DNA of 57,998 nt, the filler included, from Bipalium vagum (Eukaryota): assembly GCA_037834085.1 (NCBI GenBank). It is 2 parts of 2 records of this genome, joined end to end, with 100 filler letters (N's around TTAATTAATTAA, not from the genome) between each part and the next. Parts side by side here need not be neighbours in the genome. Positions count along the whole stretch, not along the records: positions 1 to 29,994 come from JBBMKC010009646.1; positions 30,095 to 57,998 come from JBBMKC010072992.1. The stretch is one strand, 5' to 3'. This document shows, one piece after another, positions 23,800-37,330 of the stretch. Each line of letters begins with the position of its first letter. Position 1 is the first letter of the stretch. The translations under genes and the position numbers were made by a program. The notes below the pieces were generated by a model. That model made no database searches and had not been told where the DNA came from. It saw nothing but the letters and a program-made list of their open reading frames with translations.

Positions 23800-24760
23800 T
23801 TTATAAAATTTAATAGCTTGGAATTAACAATTTCGTTTATGACAATATTTAGAGCTTTATAAGAGAAAAAATTCTTTCCTACCAAGAATTTTGTTTTGTT
23901 TAAAACAAATGTCAGTCAGTTAGTGCAATGTCCGGACTACAAGGAAAATGAGATAAAAGTTCCCAGCCAAAATTGATAATTTTCTGGAATTCTTCCTTTG
24001 AAGAAAGCTTTTGTAAATTATTATTTTTCTATTTCACTTTTAACCTCTAACTAGGTACAATACATATCCGCGGTTACTGTGTCACCAAGTTTCAGCAGCT
24101 CTACATGCTTAATAATCATAGTGAACCAAAAAACAATGAACATTAATATTTTTCCATGAATAATTAATATTATTACTGATTAATTTGTAAACAATTTTAG
24201 AAATGATTTCAAAACCAAGAACTAGGACAATTCTATTACACTAATGAAAAACGTGGTTACAATGGTAGAGAACCGAGAAGAAAAGTAATTCAGACATTGG
24301 GTGATCATGAAATGTTATTTTATTTAAATATCTTGTTAAAAATTAGTGTCTCCGGAATTTGTTTAAATGAGGCAGTAAATGTTTTCTTAACCATCTTGCT
24401 ATGTCTTACTGTCAAGTCGAACTGGCATGGATTATAAGCCCAACAGATGATATGAGCTAAATGGTTTCCACATCATCACGGAATATTCATCAATATTTCT
24501 TTAAAAAAATAAAGAATCTTTCCTTTTATCACGCCAATATTCGTTTTAAAAATCAGGGCAATCCAGTTAAAAAGTTTTTCATAAGAAGTCATTTTAACAA
24601 TTTGTGTACTTGTTCTTGGGAAACTTATTTCGGCCTTCATGTATTCATATTCTGGTTATAACTTGAGCAAGAAGACCGATTGATATGTCATTCTGACACA
24701 ACTTTATCAAAGAATCAGTTCTTCCTCTTTCGTAATCAATTAATTTTTTACCAAATGTTA
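23800..24760 (-). mobile_element. Decayed mariner
   Basis: HGKILMFIVFWF..HVELLKLGDTVTADMYC and FGWELLSHFPCSPDIALTD*HLF; upstream boundary approximate. Confidence 0.75.
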
Positions 24761-26180
24761 TTACAAAGAGCACTGTAATGACACAAATATATTAAAATTC
24801 AGAAATGTTAAAATCATCTATTACTTATGAAATGTCTTATAATTAATGAACGATTAAATTTTTAAATATGTCAATATATTAATCAATTTTTAATTTAGTC
24901 AAAAAATATTTTTTGGGTATATACGAATGGCTATGATTTAAATAATAACCAAATTTTATAACTAATAAAGAGACACTCGCTGAAATATTACAATTTCCTA
25001 TAATTATTGAACGTATTGTCGAAGGCAATTGACGAAATTGATCATTAGTTTAAAGAATAAAATTTATTTAAAATGCATTTTATTAAGTTTTTAAAGAACC
25101 TCAATCAGAATTTTGTTGATAAAAAATATGTATGTTTAGAAGATGAGTGTCAAATATCATTTTCTTTTTTAATGTTTTTTATTGTTAATTTTTATTTTTT
25201 TTGAAAAAATAAAAGAAAAAGGTTATTGAAACAAGTAAGTAGTTATTTGTTAACGAAAGTCAAATTTAAATAATTCAGATAATAATAATAATAATAATAA
25301 TAATAAATGACTTCTCCATAATGAAATAATAGAAAATTTCTTATTTAAAAAAATTTAACTTAGGAATTATTTTTCATTGCGATAAAACAAATTAACTTAA
25401 TGTTAGACATAATATTTAAATAAGAAAAAAATATTGAAATTACTATATCAAGGAAATTGATCATAAAAAGAGTCAAGTAATATAATGTTAATAAAATTAA
25501 AGTTTTATTAACAAAAAGAGAAAAAAATATTTGAATAAGCCGAAAAATGTAAGCAATGTAGTCACTAAGTAAGATAAGTGCAAAGTACTCTAAACAATTG
25601 ACTACTCTAAACACAATTATTCAGAAAATACAATACTTCAAAATGGCCAAGCCAAAACCTCCGGATAAAATTTTTCATGGATAATATAAGCAAAAAATCT
25701 AAAAACCAAGATCATCCAGAACTGGTTCACACTTTCAGAATTGAGTCCAATTAAACAAACGATTAAATATGAATTATTAAGTTCGAAACACGTCTTAGAG
25801 ATCAAAGCTTGATCACAAATAAACAACAAGCTTCTTTTTTAAAACAAATAAACGACTTTTTTAAAAGTGTAAAACAATCGTAAATTTATCATATTTTCTG
25901 TTTCATGTTTCCGAGAACTCAGTGAAATTTAATATAATAATTAACAATTAAATAATTTTATTTTTGATTAATGGTTTATTAAAAAAAATATTTCAAATTA
26001 TTTAATTAAAAAATTTTCAAATATTGGTACATTTTATTACATATATTAAATATCAAATATAAATATGAAACCTAATATTTCTGAAATAAATCCTATTCGG
26101 CATTAATATTGATTTTTTCTAATTACTGGTATACCTTTAGCAAACTCATTCTAATTTTTTGATAAATTTATATTATAATG

Positions 26181-26229
<49 letters not shown>
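26181..26229. repeat. (AAT)n microsatellite
   Basis: Pure trinucleotide run. Confidence 0.93.
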
Positions 26230-26233
<4 letters not shown>

Positions 26234-27377
26234 TAAATAAAAATAAATATATCCACGTGCAAATATTATTATGTTAAATCAAGCGAAAATAATAAAATTA
26301 TTAATCTAAAAACACCAAAGGTTTCTTTTTATTAAAAAATATTAAAATTATGATATTAATATTTCTTAGTTTGAGATTATGATGGGAATTAAAAATTATT
26401 TTGATAAAAATTAAAAAATAAATCTAAACAATAAATAAATTTAATTAATGCTTGAAAAATGAAAATAATTAAAAATAAAGTCTTAATTGCGACCCATTCG
26501 CATACATGACCTTACAGCTTAACGATTTCTCACAGGACCGATGAGTTTTAATAAATAATTAATAAAAATAATAAAAAATCATACGGCTAAATCATTGAAA
26601 TCGATATTCCAAATGGACATTTCTGACTTTTTTGTTTCTGTGGTCATTGTTAATTATCATTTACCTGAATAAATAAAATTTCCACAATTACCACAAATAA
26701 TTTCGCATTAATAAACTAAAAACATTCATAAAGTCATTTATTTTAGAGCGAACACGGATGAGAAAAGATCAATTCTTCATATCAACGAAGGAATTGATCT
26801 TTTCAAAGTAAATTTAGATTTAACTTTACGAAAAATATTAATAATTTCAATTCTAACTAATCACAGATCACACAAACAAGTCGAAGAAACCAGATTACCA
26901 TGTAAAATATTTATCCAATTCAAATATTTAATATATTTTAATAATAATTTATAAAATTAATCTTACAGTGATTTGAAATAACGCGATAAAATTAGAGTAT
27001 TGGGTTTAAGTAATGATAAACATAAACAAAATATGTGCATATATTGAATATTTTTTCTTTATTAAATTCTCGTTAGAAAAGTTTAGTGTTAGTCGAAAGT
27101 TTAGTGTTAATTTTTTCTTGAAAAAACTAAAATTGATTTTCAGTTTAATTTATCAATTGATTTTCTTTACTGCACATTTAAATGTAAAATAAAGTTGATA
27201 TTTTTGTGTTACAATAATTCTTTTTTTAAAAAAATAAACTTGCACAGTGAAAACTTTGTGGTGGATACTAAAATATTCATTTTTGAGAGGTGTTCATTCT
27301 ATAATTATAATAAAAGACGTTTCAAATACAAAAATATTCCCGGTAAAAGGCTAATCAGAAGAGTTAGCAAGAATGTA

Positions 27378-28674
27378 TCAGGTAACGAACTAAGTTTTAT
27401 CGTTCTTTAATTAAAAACTAAACTAAGAATGAAGTTAAATTTAATTTGTTAATCATAAAACATTATTAAACAAAAACATTATTAAAACATTATTATCATC
27501 CAGATATTCCCCATCTTTTTCTATTACTGCCCCCCATCTATTTAGAAGTTTATTAATCCTAGTATTAAAGAAATCTCGATCTTTTGAATGAATAAAAGAA
27601 AGTACTTCATTCTTTATACTTTCGGATTTCTTAAAATTTGTACCCATCAAGTGATTCTGTAAATACCCGGAACAAATAAAAATCGGATGGGGCGATATCG
27701 GGACTATATGAAGGATTTTTCATTAGAGTCTAGTTCAATTCATAAAAAGCCTTCAATGTCTTCATTGATTTGTGAGGTCTGGCATTATCTTGGTGAAAAT
27801 TCGCTTGTTTTCGGTTTATCAAACTGCTGCAGTTTTCTTTCATAATGGCATAAACTCTTCTTAGCATGTCATAATAGACATCAGAATTAATGGTTTCCCG
27901 GGATTTGAGAAACTCCTGATAGATAATTCCACGAGAATGCATAAAATGCATAAAAGAATCTTGTTTCGTGTAAGGTTGCGTTTCTCAATTTTTTGCGGAG
28001 GCTCTCCTTTCAACGACCACGATCTTCGTCTAATTATGTTGTCATGATAGATCCACTTTTCGTCGCAAGTGACTATTCGGTTTCTTTCAAAAAGTCTTGA
28101 ACGAATTTCAATGCGATCCAAATTGTTTTTTCAGCTACCCATTTTTTGAGTTTACAAGTGAATCCTAAAGCTTTCAGTCGGTTTCTTCTGGCTGTATCGC
28201 TTATATTTAACTCAGAAGTGATTTTTTAGCACTAATTTATCTGTTTTGTTCAAGAAGGTCCATAATTTAGTAATCCTCCAACCTTTTTGGTCTTCCAGAC
28301 CTCTCTTTGTCTTCCAATGAATAATGCCACTATTGAATTTTTTGAACCAATTTCGCACTGTTCGCAGCTGTATTGTTCACCAACCTTCACCAACCACATC
28401 GTCAAGTTTTGAGACAGTTTCATTTGTGCTTGTGTAGTTTTTTCCATTCGTAATAAATAATTGCTCGAATTTGTGACTTATCCAGCGAATTTTTGGAGCA
28501 CCTATTTCAGAGGATAATAGTGTTAATAACACTAATTATACAGTAAATTTGAAACTCACATGTTTAAGAAGCAAACTAAAAAAAAGAAAATTTAAATCGG
28601 TAGATAAATGAAAATCCCAGGGGATAACAAATTTAAACAACTGAAAAAACAAAAAAACTTAGTTCGTTACCTGA
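27378..28674 (-). mobile_element. Full-length (1297 bp) defective mariner DD34D
   Basis: TA-flanked TIRs TCAGGTAACGAACTAAGTTTT at both ends; transposase split over listed ORFs: IVTCDEKWIYHDN, FHQDNARPH, PSYSPDIAPSDFYLF, LLNRWGAVIEKDGEY. Confidence 0.95.
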
Positions 28675-29847
28675 TATTTACAAGTAGTTCGTTGATTCCT
28701 AAATATTTTGGAAAATGTTCATCCAAGGTTTTATATTTGGATCTTACTATTCGATGTTCAAATAGGCTGTTTTCTAATCACCATCATGTAGCGCTAGACA
28801 ATATTTAACATTTTTTATTTTATTTTTAACTTATTATAACTTATGTTAATAATTCTGGTTCACAGATTAGTAATCAACTGGTTGTCAAACTCATCACTTA
28901 TTGTATTGTCTTACCTTGAGTTCATCTGGAATTTTTTCTCATTTCCATCAACAAAATTCTTTTGAAAATAAATAGTATCTATTCGTTCGTCTATCTATTT
29001 TGACCGACCATTGGTGCATGTTCAAAAAAGTGAAACTGTCATTTTCACGATAACAGCTTTGTCAACGTCTTCCACATAAGATATCTTGAATATAAAGGAG
29101 TTCTGTTTACATAGCCTATTGGTCTACATTTTGAAGTCTGATTCTTTGCTGTTATCATTGAGATACAGTTCTCTCAACAATTTTATGAAAGATTCTTTTA
29201 TTTGGTGTGTTTTTTAAACTTTATTTTCTTTTCAATTCAGACACTTTTTGAGCTGTTTACTAAAATATTGTCACTCATGACAGACTTTTAGCGACGTCTC
29301 ATAAATTTCAACTGTAGAAAATCAACCTGAAACATGAATAAAAATTACTAACGAGCTTTAGTCTCACAGAAGAACACTTGACATGTTCTTTATATATTAG
29401 AAATGTAGGCCATCAGCAAATGTCTTTGGATTAAATGAAATAAGCAATACAGGGTTAGGCTAAGAATACTTTATAATAGACCAAGAGTCCTTTATAATTT
29501 TCATATGTTCTATTTACCAATCCTAAAATTACACTTACCTCATTAAGACCAATATAAAGTTTTTATTTAGAAAAATTCAAAAGAAATTTTAGATTAAAAT
29601 TTTGTTATATCGTGCAATTATTTTTTCTCATTTCTTTTGAAAGATCATAATTTGGAAATAGCAAAAATAATGGTCACTCTGACATGGAAATATGACAGTT
29701 GAAATCTTAATCATTTTTTGTTCACATAAATATGTACATAAAAATCGTCCTACATATGCAAAGAAATAAACTCTAAAAATATTTTAAATTTATAAAATTT
29801 TAAATAATAAAAAAGCATAAACCATTAAAAAAATCGCTCAAAAATTA

Positions 29848-29994
29848 TTGGGTTGTTCAAAAAGTCAGTGCGTTTTTATTGCACAGTGTAAACACATTTA
29901 TCTAATATAACAAAAACAATATTAATCTATTATGTATTCCCAGTTTTGATCAATTACCTTCTGCCATCTCTGTGGTAGCTTCATTATTCCTCGC
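29848..29994 (-). mobile_element. 3' end of a well-preserved mariner, cut by the gap
   Basis: TA|TTGGGTTGTTCAAAAAGTCAGTGCGTTTTT TIR; RGIMKLPQRWQKVIDQNWEYIID* C-terminus. Confidence 0.88.
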
Positions 29995-30094
29995 NNNNNN
30001 NNNNNNNNNNNNNNNNNNNNNNNNNNNNNNNNNNNNNNTTAATTAATTAANNNNNNNNNNNNNNNNNNNNNNNNNNNNNNNNNNNNNNNNNNNN
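29995..30094. other. Artificial contig linker: 44 N + TTAATTAATTAA + 44 N
   Basis: Exactly 100 bp, symmetric, with a core that places TAA stops in all six frames. Confidence 0.95.
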
Positions 30095-30099
30095 ATTTT

Positions 30100-30270
30100 T
30101 ATTAAAATACTGGCATTATTAATAAAATACTGACATTTTCAATAAAATACTGACAATTTAGTTATTTTACTGACATCAGTTATACTGATATAAAGAATAC
30201 TTAAATTACATAATAAATACTGACAATTTAGTTAAAATACTGACAAAAAAATGAAAAAAATACTAACATG
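30100..30270. repeat. Degenerate 20-bp tandem array (AATAAAATACTGACA core)
   Basis: TACTG(A/G)CA-like core repeated about 8 times, mostly at 20-bp spacing, directly at the contig start. Confidence 0.8.
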
Positions 30271-30759
30271 TTAAATACAAGCCTATAAGAATGACCTAAA
30301 ATTCCTTCTGATTTTTGCAAAAAAAGACCCAATTAATGCATAATAGATGTCAAATGGTATTTAATAGGAAAATTTTCTGAGTTTCCAAACCATAGATTCT
30401 TAAAAGATACTTTTTATCTTTATGCTTTTTGATATTATAGATTAATATGCTTCGGGTTTGATTACAAGTATTTTTCAATAATAAGTGTCATACTACTTTA
30501 TAAATCGAAACATTTTATAAATGAAGTCATCGTACGAATACTTCTTGCATATAGTGTATTTTCAATATATAAATTTATATTTTATAAAAAATTTTGAAAA
30601 ATCTTTGAAGGAAATTATTGTCATCTTTTTTATTGATTATAAATATTAGAATACATTTTATGAACAGGAAGCATTATTAAGGTAGTTAGATAAAATTAAA
30701 GCGAAAAAAATCTATTTTCTTAATGAAACTATCTTAATTTTTCATTAGTAAATCACACA

Positions 30760-31780
30760 ATGAAACTGTTTGGAGCTTCTTAAGTGTATATAACTGTTTA
30801 AAATTATTATATGTTAGAGCGTACATACCCTGATTAAGTCCAGTTGATGAAAGAAGATAATTTTGGCAGATAAGTGAATTTTGTGAGGAATTCCTCACTC
30901 GAATTTAACAAAGAGATGGCAATCTTAGTACCTTTATTCTGTAGAGGTATGAAAAAAATTTCTTTGGATAATGCCTCTCGCATTGAGCGCCTAATTGAAT
31001 TTGATGAGCAAAAAGTATTGACCACTCTCAAGGGGATAGTTACCAAACAACGCGGGAATCGGCTTCCAAAATGAGCTATTATTAAAAGGGATGAGTTTAT
31101 TTATGGGATGAGTTCAAAAGCTTGCCACATGAATTCAGTGCGATCTAAATCAACTGAACAAAACTGATCGGGTTTCCATTTATGCTTCTTTCCTTGCCCG
31201 ATACAAACTAGCTGTAGCCTAACATCCCCACATATCTCTCTTTACTCATTACTGGGGATGAAAAGTGATGTCTGTACACAAACATTAAACGGCGAAGAAA
31301 ATGGATTGACAAAAATAAACCGCCTAGTCCTTGTTCCAAGCAAAGTCAAGATCCTAAAAATCTTTGTGTTTGGTGAAACATGAAAGTGATTATTCACTGG
31401 GAATTACTGGATAGAAATTCAATCATTATGGCTGATGTTTATTGCTAACAACTGCAGCATTTGTCAGAAGTAATTTATTTAAAACGCCGAATACGCCTTG
31501 TGAGATTATCCTTCAACATGATAATCTCCGACCGCATTTAGCAAAACTCAGTAAAACGGACATCCAGGAGCTTCTACATCCTCCATACTCATCGGATTTG
31601 GGACCGTCCGACTACCACTTGTTTCGATCACTCTCAAAAATTGGAGCTGCAAATCATTTGAAAACGAAAGAGAATTAAAATATTAGCTTGTCAAATGGTT
31701 TGCCTCAAAATATTTTGCTTCATACCGCAGTGCAATTAAAAAACTGTATATTGCTGACAAGGAAGGAAAATATATTTTCA
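30760..31780 (+). mobile_element. Decayed mariner DD34D
   Basis: ITGDEK*CLYTNIKRRRKW, IIHWELLD, IILQHDNLRPH, HPPYSSDLGPSDYHLFRSLS (ORF 31442-31678). Confidence 0.88.
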
Positions 31781-32562
31781 AATTTTTTCAATATTTCAAT
31801 TATTTGATTAGCCATTTACTGATAATTTTCTTGTTACCTACGGGTCCCATCGAGTTCGGTCTTTTTTACGTGACCCAACAATACAAAGCTCATGATCCGA
31901 GGACCCCTTGTAGTTCTAGTTTGGTGATTACTCTGTTTTTACCATTTTCTTTACTATTACCTTAAATTACTGACATTGAACTTTAACCTATCAAATATTT
32001 TCTTTCCATTACCTGCTTATCCATTGTATTGTTATTACTTGATATTATCTTGCTTTGATCTTCCATACTAACTTGTGTGAACGATTAATAAACTGTGATT
32101 TCGTAATACTCAGTTATAGGACAAGCTATTTGGTTCTTTCATAATTTACTAATAATTTTAATTGATTACTTTGGACACCATATACGATGTGTGTGGATTT
32201 AAATTTATGAACCTCGATATGGTCTAAAGTTTTTTAACTCTCCGTGAACTAACTGGTGTAATAGACAAAAACAATAGTGAGGAGTCGGATTAGTTTCATA
32301 AAAGGTGAAGATATTAACACTATTAAGAAATGAAGATTTAATAAGTTCTTGATCTGGTCTATGTAATACAAAAATTATAGAGTAATAGGTTTTCAATCCA
32401 CACATTGAAAAACTTTCCGAATTTAAATAATGCAATAAAAAAATAATACAGGATATTCCAGTCATTAGCAATATATATAATAAAAAATTCATAATTTAGA
32501 AAAATATGACATATTTTGATGGAAAACTACGAGTAGTAGTAAATAAAAGTAGTCATAGCATA

Positions 32563-32578
32563 TAATAATAATAATAAT

Positions 32579-32615
<37 letters not shown>
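32563..32615. repeat. (AAT)n microsatellite
   Basis: Near-pure trinucleotide run. Confidence 0.9.
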
Positions 32616-32616
<1 letters not shown>

Positions 32617-33869
32617 AAATAAAATAATAAGTATTGTGTAATTGTCTATTCCGAAAATTTATCTAAGTTTGAAACATAAAATTTTTTGCTCCGTTCCAAT
32701 TCCTTCTATGACAGGTTTCGTTGTATAATTAGCATAATCGAATTTCAGATAATTGATATAACCAGAATTTCATATAAAATAATCACATTGTTAATAATTA
32801 TATGAAAAATAATAATTATTTTAAAAATTCAATTAAAGTATTGTTTTAAAAAGGAGAAATATGTTTTTTTATAAATTATTGCAGCGATAAAGTACATCTT
32901 TCGTTACGGTAAAAAAATATTACTTCTTTACTTAATAATATTTTTTTTTAATTTTATTTTTTATTAAAGAAAATATTATCAAATTAAATCTGTTTACTTA
33001 AATAATTATTTTTTATTAAAAATAATTTAGCTGAAGACATGCAGCAGAATAACAAAAATCGCTCAATTTCTACATTTATTTGGTCAATAATGGGCTACTT
33101 ATAAATTTTACACGGAAATAAAAAGAAAATTATTAAAATGACGTTACATTAAGAAAATAAAGTGCAGCTGATATTTCCAATCCGATGCCAAGAAGCCAGT
33201 TTTCTGTAACTAATGATATATTGAGTAATTTATGAAGTAATTTATTGAGTAATTTATTCCTTAGAAATTCGAGGAAGGCTTTATTAAAACAATTTTCCAA
33301 AAATTCTTTCATTGATGAATTTAAATTGTAACTTTTTATTAATGATAATTATTTTTAAACCGTATCCATTAAAACTACCAACTTCTTTTCCAATAACGTT
33401 GACAACAAAGAAATGTCATTTTAAATGAAAATTTGGTTGAAAAGATCAGATTTAATAAAATATTTTATTCTTTAAAAGCTTGCCATGATTATTCATGATC
33501 ATTTATCATCTGTCAGCTGATTATTCAATACCAATTGAGTAAGACTCCACAATTCTGGAACTAAATTTCTTTGTGATTAAAATAAATGTTACTGTGACCT
33601 GAAAATATGAATATCTGATAGAACAATACCAAAACCATTCGTGAATATGGTGCAATTTCACTCAATTTTCTTTGGTAATCATTACGAAAGGAGATCTTTC
33701 GTTATTATATTGGAGAATAACACATTTATTGTTTAGATAATGCGGAACGTACATTTATAATTTTTAGATTTAAATGGGATAACTGAGTTCAGTTGACATA
33801 AGCGTTATTAGTTTAACCTTTATCGTATACATCATAATAAAATACACATTTCTTGAAATCCCCTACACA

Positions 33870-34100
33870 TTTTGTGCTTCCACATTCTGATAAACATTAC
33901 TTATAAATGTATGTCAGAAGTCCAGAAAATGAATCGCTTTTCAATGCTTAAATTTTTTCTCGAAAGCAAGCAAACCATCTTTGAACTACACCAACTCCAA
34001 ATGGACCCAATTCATAGTTTGTATATGAAGATTGTATTTTCAGGGGCAAAATAGTTGCTGCTCTTTAAAATCCGTCGCAAATGCGTCTCGTTACACATCT
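33870..34100 (-). mobile_element. Mariner N-terminal fragment
   Basis: MCNETHLRRIL...VQRWFACFRE. Confidence 0.55.
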
Positions 34101-37100
34101 TAAATTAGACAATAGAAAAAGTATTACACGAATAAATTTAAAATCTTATTTAAATAAAAAATATTTATATAGTTCGTATAAAGAAAAAATCTAAATAAAT
34201 TTACTAATTTTAATTAATTAATACTTAATTAATTTTATTAATAATTAATTTTATTAATAATTAATTTAAATTAATATTAAAATTAATAAATTATCAATTA
34301 TTGTAATGCATGTAAAATACGATATTATGTTCCAGTCATCCTAGCATATTTGAAATTAGTTTTTCAATAAAAATTATTTAATAAACTATTTAAAAAATTT
34401 TTTTAATTTTTATTTTGATTTCAAAAATTCAGTTTATTTAATGTATTAATTTATTATGAATATATATTAAAAGTCACATATGGGAGAGAATTATTAAGAT
34501 ATCTTCATAATATATATAGATATTTATAACGAAACTTATAGATTTATTAATTAAAAGAGGTTTAAATACATATTCTATTGTCAATGAAAATAATCAATCA
34601 TTTACTCTATTTTTAGAACATGGCACTGATTTGAATAGAGTTAGGTAATTTATATTGAAGATTATTTTTTTAATGCTATTATTTTTATTTTTATTACTAT
34701 TATAATTATTATTCCATTATCATCAATTTATAAATTCTATAGTCTACTTACACCAACGTTCTCTAAAATCTTTATTTTTTTGAAGATTTCTTCTCACCGT
34801 TCTTTGCTGTAAGTAACTCCGATTTTTATTTCTACACCATTTCATTCAAATCTTTAATATGTTAAATAAGAGATTTGAATCAAATCTTTCATGCATTAAA
34901 GTTGGACTTAAAAATTTTTCACCATTGTAATATCTTGATTTATTCATTTTATGATTCTTAGTTTCTGTATTGTATTAGAGAGTCCATCTTTATAATTTTT
35001 TCCACCTAATACCATTTCCATAAGACTAATTATGTTTTTTTTTGTGAAGAACTTCGAACTAATCTTACGAACAAAAGAATTCCGAGTTTTCGTATACTAA
35101 GATCGTGTACCATCCCTAATAAAATCTCTTCTTGACTATCGTAATGCAATGATAGGGGCGAGAAAAATAAGCATCGGGGTGTAATTATCCCTGCCCAATC
35201 AAATCCAAATCATCACATTGTCAGTATAAGTGTTACTTTTTTTTTATTTTGTCTAGTGTTGACTTTGCATTTTGTATTGCCCTTATTTATTTGTTAAATT
35301 TAATTATAAAAAATAATTATTTAATTATTGATTTATTTAAAATTCTATATACTTAACATTATTCGGTTTTCAATGATTACAACTTCTCTACATAACATTT
35401 AAAGAACTATACAAAGCACCTCTATAATTGCATAAACCGTGGATTAATTTATATTTCGTAACCATTATTGTAAGCGTCTGTAACATTCTTCATTACATTT
35501 GTAATCATTTATTTGAATAGATTATTATTAAAACAAATTATTTGAAATGAAAAGTTATAACTTTAGAATAACTTATTAGACCCAGTATAATAAAAAATTA
35601 TTAATGTTACCGGGATTTTAAATATTATTTTAGTTAAATTAATAAAATACTTTTAAGAATTAAATTATTAATAATATTATTATTACTATTATCTGAGTAA
35701 GATTTCTATAATAATTATTATATTTTTATTATCTACTATATCTATTTTTTTTCTAATATCTCCGATTATGCGAAAATTATTTCTCGGATAATATTTGAGT
35801 ATTGTTAAAATGCTTTGTGATTTTATCTGATAATCAAGTTAATTTATTTTTCAAAGTGAACATTAATATTACAAATATAATAAGCTCTTACATGATTGTA
35901 AGAAATATTTTTCCTTTGATTTATAAACATCAAGCAGACTATTTGTCGTGAGGACAACTGTTGAAATACTTTCTTACATTAGACTGAATGGAAAACATTA
36001 ATATCAAAATACAATATTATCAAAATGTTTTAGATGATGTTTTCTCTCATCAAGCTTTCTATACCTTTTAATATATATGTGATAATATTTTTAATATGGG
36101 ATTAAAGAAAATATGTAATTTAATTTTGTTTCAGACATCTTTGGTTTTACATATAATTTAATTTGCTATCTTTTTTATCCAGGAAATCGATTAGATTTAA
36201 ATGAAGTGGTTCATATAGTCCGATTCAAAAATAGTATTAATTTTTAGTGGGAAAAATTGTTCAGAGTATTTTGATGAAACAGTTAAACAATAATAATAAA
36301 ATGATAATAATAATAATAATAAAAAATAATAAGAATAATAATTATGATAAAAATAATAAAAGATAAGTTTTAAAACGAGTTCCAATTTCTATTGAAAAAA
36401 AATTAATTTTAGATTTAAAATTTACTCTATTATAAATGTGTTTTTATATTTCTCAGCAACCGCTGTTAATGTAAAATATAAATAAAAAATATTATTCACC
36501 AGCTCTTCTATGACTTGTTTCATTTATTATTAAAATATGACATTTCAACCTAGACAACCTATTAGTGTTATGAATAGATTATGCAGATTATGAATACCGT
36601 CAAGAAAAAGTTTTTTGATTTGGTGCAAAATTCAACCAAATTTTTACCTCCTGATAATTTTGGAAACTACTCTGACATATAATGTGTCATCGATAGGAAC
36701 AAATAGTAATCTGATGGAGAAATATATGAAGAGAAATCATGACTACCATAAGCATCTATCATTAATATTTGCATATCACTACCATTTTTCTTTAAATAAA
36801 AATATTAAAAACAATGCTTTTCGCACATGTGTTTTTTTAGGTACAAATTCCGTCCTCTAAAATGACAATTATTAAACTATTTTAAATGTGTTTACAAATT
36901 CTTAAATTATAGCGATTGAAATTTATATTACTTAAACAACAATATAATTTACACTATTTAAATTATAACTAATTAAATGTAAAAAATAAAAACGGCAAAA
37001 TCAAGGTTTTAAACATATTAATTCAGATCATTTTTAAATTTTTTTACAATTCGTTACTGTTCAGAGATTTTCATTACTATATCATGATAGGATCTACGAT

Positions 37101-37330
37101 TAATAAAAAAATGACTTCACATATACGAATATTACATATTGCATAAAAAATGGATAATGTATAAGGCTTTCAATTTATTAGCACTGCGACCAGACTCTCT
37201 GGTCTTGAAATTTCTTGATGAATTATCACATTACTTCTATAGAGCAACCTTGGGCGTTTTTCTTTTTCAGCCTACACTTTTTTTTACAATTGTGTTAAGA
37301 ATTTATTGCTAGGCTTCTTTATGATAAATA

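Noticed and set aside
26690-26715. Candidate RALGPS micro-exon FINAKLFV (minus strand)
   Set aside because: Phase fits and it weakly resembles VTPEEFA, but 8 residues cannot be supported without transcripts.
30100-30270. CRISPR-like array
   Set aside because: Eukaryotic context, 20-bp period and no unique spacers.
31832-32180. Possible solo LTR (TG...CA with AATAAA)
   Set aside because: No target-site duplication, primer-binding site or second copy in the window.
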